DNA from: Clostridiales bacterium | GTDB lineage: Bacteria; Bacillota; Clostridia; Peptostreptococcales; NVVX01 | NCBI GenBank assembly: GCA_021129775.1 | Contig: JAJOKP010000043.1 | Coordinates: 1 to 63,092 of the forward strand | Reading direction: 5' to 3' | Length of the DNA stretch: 63,092 nucleotides | In this document: positions 20,062-27,816 of the stretch, piece after piece | How positions within the stretch are numbered: position 1 is the stretch's first letter | Layout: each line of letters opens with the position of its first letter | Made by a program: the position numbers and the translations under genes | The notes under the pieces: model-generated | Told to the model about the DNA's origin: nothing | Database searches by the model: none | Seen by the model: only the letters and a program-made list of their open reading frames with translations

Positions 20062-20227
20062 CTGAAACTCCCCATAGCCGAAGCAAGGGGGTTCTTAGGT
20101 ACTTGCAAACTTCCAAATATACTCGAAAGCATATAAGACTAATCTGTTTCCCTAAGACTTTCACTATCAAAGATACCGATGCATCCATTAACGATAGTTT
20201 AACGCCCATTTCAAGACGTTGATATTA
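20062..20227 (-). ncRNA. Putative TnpB omegaRNA (reRNA) scaffold; guide would be the flank from 20061 downward
   Basis: Stems AACGTC/GGCGTT, CTATC/GATAG, TCTTAGG/CCTAAGA, ATATGCT-TTCG-AGTATAT, RE hairpin; internal TGAAA able to pair with terminal TTTCA; preceded by promoter. Confidence 0.6.
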
Positions 20228-20233
20228 ATTTAT

Positions 20234-20262
20234 ATCATAACGCATATTGCTATATAATACAA
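20234..20262 (-). promoter_or_regulatory. Element-internal SigA promoter
   Basis: TTGTAT-N17-TATGAT pointing through the scaffold into rplS. Confidence 0.6.
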
Positions 20263-20392
20263 GTGTTTTAGCGTTTATTTTGAGCATATTTAAAACCGTG
20301 GCTTATATCCCTATAGCTGAAGCAAGGGGCTTTACGCCACTTGTGGTAAATTACAATAGCAATGTTAGATGTTAATTTTTTTTCCATGGCTA

Positions 20393-21148
20393 CTACACTA
20401 AATCTGGTCTTCTATCTTTTGTTATCTGTAAAGACTTTTTTTTGCGCCAATCTTCTATATTTTTATGATGTCCAGATAATAAAACATCTGGAACTTTTAT
20501 ACCTCTAAATTCTTGTGGTCTGGTATATTGAGGATATTCCAACAAATTATTTGAGTGAGACTCCTCTATTATGGAGTCTTCATTAGATACAACGCCTGGA
20601 ATTAATCTTGTAATCGCGTCTATAACTACCATGGCTGGCAGTTCCCCGCCAGTTAACACATAGTCCCCAATTGAAATTTCATCAGTTACAAGGGTGTCAA
20701 TAACTCTTTGGTCAACTCCCTCGTAATGTCCACAGATAAATATCAAAGAGCTTTCTTTAGACAATTCTTTAGCCATCTCTTGATTAAAAACTTTGCCCTT
20801 AGGTGTCATATATATTGTTCTAATTTTATTGGTTTTTTTATGTTCACTCGTAATCTTTTCTTTAAATTCATCGTTTTCGTCCTTCTTGCTTTTTTCTTTG
20901 TTCTTCATATTGTTTAACGAACTCAAAGCATACTCATGGGCATCAAATAATGGTTGTGGTGTCATCACCATGCCTGCCCCACCACCAAATGGGTAGTCGT
21001 CAACTTTTTTATGCTTATTCGAAGCAAAGTCTCTTATTTGAATACAATCAATATCTATTTTTGCATCTTCAATCGCTCTTTTAATTATACTCTCACTAAG
21101 CATCCCTACAAACATTTGAGGAAACAACGTTAGTATTTTCACATCCAT
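20393..21148 (-). CDS. trmD: tRNA (guanine37-N1)-methyltransferase
   Basis: [45 protein letters not shown]. Confidence 0.98.
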   Translation of the reverse strand: MDVKILTLFPQMFVGMLSESIIKRAIEDAKIDIDCIQIRDFASNKHKKVDDYPFGGGAGMVMTPQPLFDAHEYALSSLNNMKNKEKSKKDENDEFKEKITSEHKKTNKIRTIYMTPKGKVFNQEMAKELSKESSLIFICGHYEGVDQRVIDTLVTDEISIGDYVLTGGELPAMVVIDAITRLIPGVVSNEDSIIEESHSNNLLEYPQYTRPQEFRGIKVPDVLLSGHHKNIEDWRKKKSLQITKDRRPDLV

Positions 21149-21648
21149 TCTATCATTCCTTCAATTGGGTTTACGATAATTTTCTTTTCTTCTAAATTAA
21201 TTTCTATAATAAATTCCTTTACAGAAGGAATTAAAGTTTCTCGTTTTTTATCATCTTTAATAGCATAAACTTCATTTGAGCCCGACTGTATTATGCTCTC
21301 TACCTTGCCTACATATATGCTGTCAACAGTATATACACTAAGCCCAATTATATCAGTTATATAGTGAGTATCTTTAGGCAGTTTTCTTCTTTGTTTATCT
21401 TCAATTATTAAATAGCTATCTTTAAACTTTACAACTTGGTTAATATCGTCATAGTTCTCTAGTTGTAGAATAACAATGTTAGGTTTATATTTTATGTTGG
21501 TTATTGTTACTTTTTCATTAGTGCCTTCAACGAATACATAATCAAGTTCTTCAAACCTCTCAATATAATCAGTAAGAGGATAGACTTTAACCGCACCTTT
21601 TAGTCCGTGCGTACCAACGATTTGCCCTATTCTTAATTTATTTGACAT
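21139..21648 (-). CDS. rimM: Ribosome maturation factor RimM
   Basis: [16 protein letters not shown]; start re-assigned to ATG 21648 (RBS AGCAGGTG); the longer ORF is a repeat artefact. Confidence 0.95.
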   Translation of the reverse strand: MSNKLRIGQIVGTHGLKGAVKVYPLTDYIERFEELDYVFVEGTNEKVTITNIKYKPNIVILQLENYDDINQVVKFKDSYLIIEDKQRRKLPKDTHYITDIIGLSVYTVDSIYVGKVESIIQSGSNEVYAIKDDKKRETLIPSVKEFIIEINLEEKKIIVNPIEGMIEWM

Positions 21649-21676
21649 ATAACACCTGCTTATTTTAATATAACTC

Positions 21677-21701
21677 ATGTGGCAAGGGGACGTTTTGTTT
21701 G
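21677..21701. repeat. Half copy of REP family B between duplicated rimM start sequences
   Basis: ATGTGGCAAGGGGACGTTTTGTTTG identical to 30471-30495. Confidence 0.85.
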
Positions 21702-21722
21702 ACATATAACACCTGCTTATTA

Positions 21723-21799
21723 AGTCAGACAAGGGGACAGGGACTTGTCTGGTCAAATTGCTCTGAAAACCAGACAAGTCCCTGTCCCCTTGTCTGACT
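21723..21799. repeat. REPIN family A copy 4
   Basis: Same inverted pair and spacer; partial duplicate 21800-21810. Confidence 0.9.
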
Positions 21800-21815
21800 C
21801 TTGTCTGACTATATC

Positions 21816-22046
21816 TTAGTCTACAATTTCAATAACAACTTTTTTATTTTCTCTCATTGCAGCAGATTTCACAACTGTTCTCATTGCTTTAGCAATTCTT
21901 CCTTGTTTTCCTATTACTTTTCCCATATCTTCTTGAGCTACTCTGATTTCAATCGTAATTGACCGATTACCTTCTGTTTCAGTAATCTCAATTTTGTCAG
22001 GATAATCTACTAAAGCTTCCACAATTACTCTTACAAGTTCCTTCAT
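21816..22046 (-). CDS. khpA: KH-domain RNA-binding protein KhpA (YlqC)
   Basis: DMGKVIGKQGRIAKAMR. Confidence 0.95.
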   Translation of the reverse strand: MKELVRVIVEALVDYPDKIEITETEGNRSITIEIRVAQEDMGKVIGKQGRIAKAMRTVVKSAAMRENKKVVIEIVD

Positions 22047-22066
22047 TTGAAAACCTCCAGTGCTTA

Positions 22067-22312
22067 CTACTCAATAATACCAGTTTTTTTCAATAAGTAT
22101 TTCACTGTATCTGTTGGTTGCGCTCCATCTTTAAGCCATTTCAAAGCTCTCTCACTTTTTATCTTAATTTCCTTTGGATCGGAAATTGGATTATAGTATC
22201 CTATTTCTTCAATGAATCTACCATCTCTTGGTGATCTTGAATCAGCAACTACTACTCTGTAGAAAGGTCTTTTTTTAGAACCCATTCTTTTTAATCTTAT
22301 TTTAACAGCCAT
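22067..22312 (-). CDS. rpsP: 30S ribosomal protein S16
   Basis: [31 protein letters not shown]. Confidence 0.99.
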   Translation of the reverse strand: MAVKIRLKRMGSKKRPFYRVVVADSRSPRDGRFIEEIGYYNPISDPKEIKIKSERALKWLKDGAQPTDTVKYLLKKTGIIE

Positions 22313-22381
22313 TTGTTTCACCTCCTTCAAATATTTGGAATATATAAGTGAATTCACTAAAATTCTACTTTAATATTAGTC

Positions 22382-23719
22382 TTAAGGGAAAGGAAATTTG
22401 AACTTCCCGCCTTTTTTCATAGATTTATCCATGCCAGTAAACTGTTTCATCATTTTTTTTGTCTGTTCAAATTGTTTTATTATTTGATTTACTCTTTGAA
22501 CAGTGGTCCCACTTCCTTTTGCAATTCTTTTTCTACGACTTGCATTCAGAATTTCTGGTTTTTTTCTTTCTTCTTTTGTCATAGATTTAATAATTGCTTC
22601 TGTGTATACTAAATCTTTTTCATTTACTTTCATGTTTTTTAACTGCTTTCCTGCTCCAGGTATCATTTGTAGTATTTGCTCCATAGAACCCATATTTTTC
22701 ATTTGCTCTAATTGATCTAAAAAATCCTCAAAATCAAACTGCTGATTTCGCATTTTTTCTTCTAGCTCTTTTGCTTTTTTCTCGTCAAAATTTGCTTGAG
22801 CCTTTTCAATTAAAGAAAGCATGTCACCCATTCCTAATATTCTTGAAGCTAGTCTATCTGGATGAAATGGTTCTAATTCACTTAATTTTTCGCCCATCCC
22901 TACAAATTTAATTGCTTTTTTAGTTACAGCTCTAACTGAAAGTGCTGCCCCACCACGAGTATCACCGTCTAATTTGGTTAAAATTATGCCATCAATACCT
23001 AGCCTCCCATGGAAGTTTTCTGCTACATTAACAGCATCTTGACCAGTCATAGAATCAATAACTAATAATATTTCATGTGGTTTTACTATCCCCTTAATGT
23101 TTACTAACTCGTCCATTAGCTCATCATCTATATGTAATCTACCAGCTGTATCAATTATTATTAAATCGTTACTATGCTCAACTCCATACTCAATGCCCTC
23201 TTTTGCAATGTCAACAGGGTTTTTACTACTTTCATTTGAGAATACAGAAACTCCCACTTGTTCGCCTACAACATGTAACTGTTTAATAGCAGCAGGTCTA
23301 TATACGTCACATGCAACTAAAAGTGTTTTTTTCCCATCTTTTTTTAAAACCCCTGCAAGTTTCGCTGCAGTAGTTGTTTTTCCCGCCCCTTGTAATCCAA
23401 CTAACATAATAACTGTCGGAGGTTTGGAAGCATAAATAATTTTACTTTGAGTATTTCCCATAAGAGACGTCAGTTCATCATTTACTATCTTAATTACCTG
23501 TTGCCCAGGAGTTAAACTCTCTAGCACATCTTTTCCTAATGCGCGTTCTTTAACATTCTTGATGAATTCTTTTACAACCATAAAATTTACATCAGCTTCT
23601 AACAAGGCAAGTTTTACTTCCCTCATTACAATGGTAATATCTTTTTCTGATACTTTTCCTCTGCTTTTTAATTTCTGCAAAGATTTTTGTAATTTTTCGG
23701 AAAGTCCGCTAAAAATCAA
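22382..23719 (-). CDS. ffh: Signal recognition particle protein Ffh
   Basis: GLQGAGKTT, DTAGR, TKLDGDTRGGAALS, M-domain. Confidence 0.98.
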   Translation of the reverse strand: MIFSGLSEKLQKSLQKLKSRGKVSEKDITIVMREVKLALLEADVNFMVVKEFIKNVKERALGKDVLESLTPGQQVIKIVNDELTSLMGNTQSKIIYASKPPTVIMLVGLQGAGKTTTAAKLAGVLKKDGKKTLLVACDVYRPAAIKQLHVVGEQVGVSVFSNESSKNPVDIAKEGIEYGVEHSNDLIIIDTAGRLHIDDELMDELVNIKGIVKPHEILLVIDSMTGQDAVNVAENFHGRLGIDGIILTKLDGDTRGGAALSVRAVTKKAIKFVGMGEKLSELEPFHPDRLASRILGMGDMLSLIEKAQANFDEKKAKELEEKMRNQQFDFEDFLDQLEQMKNMGSMEQILQMIPGAGKQLKNMKVNEKDLVYTEAIIKSMTKEERKKPEILNASRRKRIAKGSGTTVQRVNQIIKQFEQTKKMMKQFTGMDKSMKKGGKFKFPFP

Positions 23720-23747
23720 TAATTTCACCTCAATTTCAATGCAACAT

Positions 23748-24125
23748 TCAATTCGTTAGAGTAATCACTTGACCAATTAATTTACTTAGTTTTATAAAAC
23801 ACTTATCTTTTTCTTCTTGTTTTACATCTTTGTCTTTCAATATTCCCTCAAATTCTAAACACAAATTTTCAATTTTCCCAAACAATTTAATTTTCTCGCC
23901 TAATCCTGCAACTAAATGGAGTTTATTTTCGTATTCCGATAAAGATTTCTCTGATTTCTTAATAGTATCATGTACTGCTTGACGTGTAACACCAAGATTT
24001 TCAGCAATCTCTGTCAATGATAGGTCTTGATTATAATATAATTCCATTATTTCCAACTGTTTATCAGTTAATAGTTTTCCATAAAAATCAAGCATTATTG
24101 AAACTTCCACTTTTTTTTCAAGCAT
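23748..24125 (-). CDS. ylxM: YlxM family DNA-binding protein
   Basis: DFYGKLLTDKQ...DLSLTEIAE..GVTRQAVHD; upstream of ffh. Confidence 0.93.
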   Translation of the reverse strand: MLEKKVEVSIMLDFYGKLLTDKQLEIMELYYNQDLSLTEIAENLGVTRQAVHDTIKKSEKSLSEYENKLHLVAGLGEKIKLFGKIENLCLEFEGILKDKDVKQEEKDKCFIKLSKLIGQVITLTN

Positions 24126-24157
24126 GTTTACACATCCTATCAACATAGAAAAAATAT

Positions 24158-24216
24158 ATCTGTAAAGCAAATTCACTTTACAGATGTATTCTATATCATA
24201 AATATTATCCTGTCAA
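24158..24216 (-). promoter_or_regulatory. SigA promoter of ylxM-ffh plus downstream palindrome
   Basis: TTGACA-N17-TAGAAT (24188-24216); ATCTGTAAAG-N8-CTTTACAGAT (24158-24185). Confidence 0.75.
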
Positions 24217-24300
24217 ATGTTTTTTCAAAAAAATTTATCTCAGTATGTTGCCAGCTTGTTACTAATAACTTTTCATTCTCCATCATCCATTCTCCATCAT

Positions 24301-24837
24301 CTATTTTCTTTTTTCTTTTTCTAATTTCAGCAAGAATTCTTTTCTCCAAATCCCACCACCATATCCTGTCATACTCCCATCTTTACCTATGACGCGGTGG
24401 CAAGGAATAATGATATTAATTCTATTATTTCTGTTTGCATTAGCAACTGCTCTAACTGCCTTAGGATTTCCCACTGCAACAGCTTGTTCTTGATAAGAAC
24501 GAGTTTCGCCGTATGGAATATCACTCAAAGCACTCCACGTTTTCTTTTGAAAGTCGGTTCCTTGAATTACTAAAGGAATATCAAATTCTTTCCTTTTGCC
24601 ATCAAAATACTCGTTTAATTGCTTAATTAAAGTCTCGAAATGTTTACAAGAGCTAGGTACTAATTTTTTGTTAAATATTTTTTTAAATTTTTCACCTTGA
24701 CTCTCTCTATTGTCTTCATCGATAAATTCAAGAAAAAAAATTCCCTCGTCTGTTCCTCCCACGAAAAATACACCAATTGGTGATAGGATTTCAATTGTTG
24801 CTATGTATTTATTGTTTTTACTAATTGTATTTTTCAT
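24301..24837 (-). CDS. ogt: Methylated-DNA-protein-cysteine methyltransferase
   Basis: GTDFQ, IPYGETRSY, IIPCHRVIG, GYGGG. Confidence 0.95.
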   Translation of the reverse strand: MKNTISKNNKYIATIEILSPIGVFFVGGTDEGIFFLEFIDEDNRESQGEKFKKIFNKKLVPSSCKHFETLIKQLNEYFDGKRKEFDIPLVIQGTDFQKKTWSALSDIPYGETRSYQEQAVAVGNPKAVRAVANANRNNRINIIIPCHRVIGKDGSMTGYGGGIWRKEFLLKLEKEKRK

Positions 24838-24897
24838 TTTTTCTCCACATCTTTATCTGACACAAGATTCGCTCCTTTTTTCTAAAAAAAGAAAACC

Positions 24898-25101
24898 CTA
24901 TCTAAAATTTAGCAGGTGCTTTCTCTTTTTTTTCGCCTTATTAAGTGCATACGTCATATGTCCATCATGCGTTATTTCACCACGCAAAACTTTCTTAGCC
25001 ATTTCTTCATCCTCATCATCAATAAATAGTCCATCAATTTCTAAAGTAGCTCTCGAATTTTGTGAAGCCTTTTCAATTTCTTGCTCTGAATATTTTTTCA
25101 C
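24898..25101 (-). CDS. VbhA-like (Fic antitoxin) small protein
   Basis: 67 aa; ASQNSRATLEIDGL...VLRGEIT resembles (S/T)xxxE(G/N) antitoxin fold; RBS AGGAG upstream. Confidence 0.55.
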   Translation of the reverse strand: MKKYSEQEIEKASQNSRATLEIDGLFIDDEDEEMAKKVLRGEITHDGHMTYALNKAKKKRKHLLNFR

Positions 25102-25396
25102 TCCTACTTTCTCCTTTTTTTTTTGACATAATTACAATCGTTGCCAAAAAGTTATTGCACTTTATTAGTTCGTTCGCACCGTTCGCTTCGTTCGTTCGCT
25201 CACCCTTGTACGTTTACTCTTCTATATCAATTTGTTAATCCCTTTCTTAACACAAAAAAGCACTCGAAATTTAAAAAGAAGTGATTAGAAGCACGAAGGG
25301 GTCAATGGCTGATATGTTTTTTTATTGTCCGTATATTCTATCTTATTATACCATGAAACTATTGTATTTCAAACTAACCAACCCCAAAAAAGATAA

Positions 25397-25453
25397 GGAT
25401 CAAGCCAACAGTCTAGTGTATAATTTTAATCACCCAGACAGTTGGTTTGACCC
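25397..25453. repeat. REP-like imperfect inverted repeat (family D)
   Basis: GGATCAAGCCAACAGTCT...AGACAGTTGGTTTGACCC. Confidence 0.6.
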
Positions 25454-25469
25454 TCTGTATTTTTTGTGC

Positions 25470-27659
25470 CTAAGAGTTAATGCATTCAATAAACTTTTGC
25501 ACTAAATACGAATCGAACTGCGTTCCACTATTATTAATTAATTCCTCTATGGCTTCTTCTTTCGTTAATGCATGGCGGTACGGTCTCTCGGAAGTCATCG
25601 CATCATAAGCATCTGCAATTGCGGCTATTCTTGCTAGTAGTGGAATATCATCTCCTATTAAATTATCTGGATAACCTTTGCCATCTATTCTTTCATGATG
25701 ATGCCTTATAATCGGTAGAGTCTCTTCTAAAAACTCTAAACTGCTAATGAAGGATTCTCCGTTTGCTGGGTGAGTTTTGATTATTTCATATTCTTTTTGT
25801 GTTAAGGTACCATTTTTCAAAAGTATTTCATCTGGAATCCCTATTTTACCAATATCATGTAATATGCTCCCATGTTGGAGAATTTTAATATCCTGCGTAG
25901 AAAGACCAATTTCTTCACCTAGCGCAATACTATACTCCATCACGCGTTCGCTATGCCCCTTGGTATATTTATCTTTTAACTCTAGTCCTTTTATTAGAGC
26001 AATTAAAACGTCCATATACGTTGCTTCAATTTTAGCTAATAACTCATTATTTGCAATTGCACCGGAAATCATTTTAGAGAGTTGTTTAAAATACTGAGTT
26101 TGTTTCATGTTTAAATCGTCAGAGATATAACTCATTAGCCCTATTAACTCGTTGTCTTCACTTAAAATAGGAAGCTCATAACACATTCTTCCTTTCTTGC
26201 TCAAAGTTTTCGGGATAAATCTATCATCGTCGTATGCATTCTTACTATATAATTCACTTTTATTCTTACTTAGCCAAGCGAAAGTTCCTTCGTTACTACT
26301 TATTTTTAATTCTTTCACTTCTTTTTCGCTATAATTTACTGACTCTCTAATTGTAAATTTATTTATATCGGAATCAAATACATATATGGCAGATTTCGTA
26401 GCGTTAATTGTTTCATGAGTATAGGATAAAACCTCATTTAGTATAGCACTAAAATCAGAAACTGCGTAAAGTTTCTCACTTAACTTATTAATAAGTTTAG
26501 CATTCCATAAATTTTTGGTGATTTCATCATATGCTAACATAAGTTTTTCATTCATTTTATTTACTTCATTATTAGAATTGCAAAGTTCTAAATAATTAGC
26601 CTCTAATTCTTCATTTAAAGCTCTTAATTCTTCATCTCTTGCATATATATCTGCCATAGTTTTATTAAATTGAATAGCTATTTCAGATATTTCATCTTTT
26701 CTTACTATATCAGTTTGTGCACTTAAATCTCCTTCTTCAGCTTTTTTCATTTCGATAATTAAGTTATCCATTGGTTTAAATAATTTATGAGTACTAAAGT
26801 AAACCAAAGCAATAAGAAAAATAAAGCCGATAATTAAGATTAATGAAAATCTGTTAATAATACTGTTTGAAACATGATAAACTGCATCAGCAGGAACGTC
26901 AATACCCGCTAGCCAACCAGTACTAGATAATGGTGTATAGAATATATATCTATCCGCTCCTTTTTTATCAATATATTTAAAATAACAACCACTTTCGTCA
27001 CAGAGTTGCGTTTCTCCGTTAACCAGTTCAAATATATTTGAATATCCAAGTTTATCTAAATGTGGATGCATGAATATGTTACCATCAGCATCACTTAAAA
27101 AACCGTGTCCTGCATTATTAATGGATAAGTTGAAAATAATTTCTTTAATATCTTTAGCAGGCATAGCTCCAATTAATGCTCCTACAGTTTGATTATTATC
27201 TTTAATTGGCATAGTAATAACTACGATGTAGCTGTCATCGAAAACAGAGTAAACTGGCGGACTTATTATAGGTCCTTTACTGAAGATATCTTTATAACTC
27301 TCTCTATCTGGAAGCTGAGCATTCACTAAACCAGAAGTGTCAGTAATTGTTCTGTCTAGATAAACTAAGCCTATTTTATGAAAATGCCCTCCTGATACAG
27401 TCAAATCTAAGAATGGTTCTAATTTTACCCAGTCCATCTCTTTAGCAACATCTAATTCTGTTCTAATGCGTATTCTTTCTATCCCCAAAGTAATTAAGGT
27501 ATTCAACGGTTCAATTTTTGCGTTAATTTTGTCAATAGCATTTGAGCGCATGTGTGGCAATGTCACATTTTTGTTAAAATCTAATATCATTACCCAAGTA
27601 AATAGGTAAGTAATTATTGAGATAATTGTTATTAGTGGTATTTTGTATTTAAGCTTCAT
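25470..27659 (-). CDS. Membrane Cache-HAMP-GAF-HD-GYP c-di-GMP phosphodiesterase
   Basis: Two TM helices, Cache-like region, HAMP (DEISEIA..FN), HDIGKIG, HHERIDGKGYP, GTQFD. Confidence 0.9.
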   Translation of the reverse strand: MKLKYKIPLITIISIITYLFTWVMILDFNKNVTLPHMRSNAIDKINAKIEPLNTLITLGIERIRIRTELDVAKEMDWVKLEPFLDLTVSGGHFHKIGLVYLDRTITDTSGLVNAQLPDRESYKDIFSKGPIISPPVYSVFDDSYIVVITMPIKDNNQTVGALIGAMPAKDIKEIIFNLSINNAGHGFLSDADGNIFMHPHLDKLGYSNIFELVNGETQLCDESGCYFKYIDKKGADRYIFYTPLSSTGWLAGIDVPADAVYHVSNSIINRFSLILIIGFIFLIALVYFSTHKLFKPMDNLIIEMKKAEEGDLSAQTDIVRKDEISEIAIQFNKTMADIYARDEELRALNEELEANYLELCNSNNEVNKMNEKLMLAYDEITKNLWNAKLINKLSEKLYAVSDFSAILNEVLSYTHETINATKSAIYVFDSDINKFTIRESVNYSEKEVKELKISSNEGTFAWLSKNKSELYSKNAYDDDRFIPKTLSKKGRMCYELPILSEDNELIGLMSYISDDLNMKQTQYFKQLSKMISGAIANNELLAKIEATYMDVLIALIKGLELKDKYTKGHSERVMEYSIALGEEIGLSTQDIKILQHGSILHDIGKIGIPDEILLKNGTLTQKEYEIIKTHPANGESFISSLEFLEETLPIIRHHHERIDGKGYPDNLIGDDIPLLARIAAIADAYDAMTSERPYRHALTKEEAIEELINNSGTQFDSYLVQKFIECINS

Positions 27660-27722
27660 ATAATACTCCAATCTTAAATAATTAACTTAGATCTTAAATA
27701 AGTGAGACCCACCTGCTTGCGA

Positions 27723-27816
27723 GTCGAACGAGCTCAGGGTTTAAATCAAACGAAATTGCCTGTAATCAATCCTTCCCCATTTCCTTGGTCGAACGAGCTC
27801 AGGGTTTCAATCAAAC
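27723..27816. repeat. Two 29-bp direct repeats separated by 36 bp
   Basis: GTCGAACGAGCTCAGGGTTT(A/C)AATCAAAC at 27723-27751 and 27788-27816. Confidence 0.85.

Larger units (their letters stand above)
20062..20345 (-). mobile_element. Non-autonomous IS200/IS605 element (no tnpA/tnpB) carrying an omegaRNA-like scaffold
   Basis: LE: TTAC|CACAAGTGGCGT-AAAG-CCCCTTGCTTCAGCTATAGGG; RE: GAAC-CCCCTTGCTTCGGCTATGGGG-AGTT-TCAG|; near-identical subterminal hairpins; no ORF. Confidence 0.85.

Noticed and set aside
21649-21777. 43-aa N-terminal extension of RimM
   Set aside because: Made of REP and duplicated start sequence; the conserved protein begins at 21648.
27700-27730. GTTCGACTC T-loop-like motif suggesting a tRNA
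   Set aside because: No acceptor, D or anticodon arms can be folded around it.
27723-27816. Calling a bona fide CRISPR array
   Set aside because: Only two repeats, no cas genes or leader; kept as a repeat and a tentative finding.
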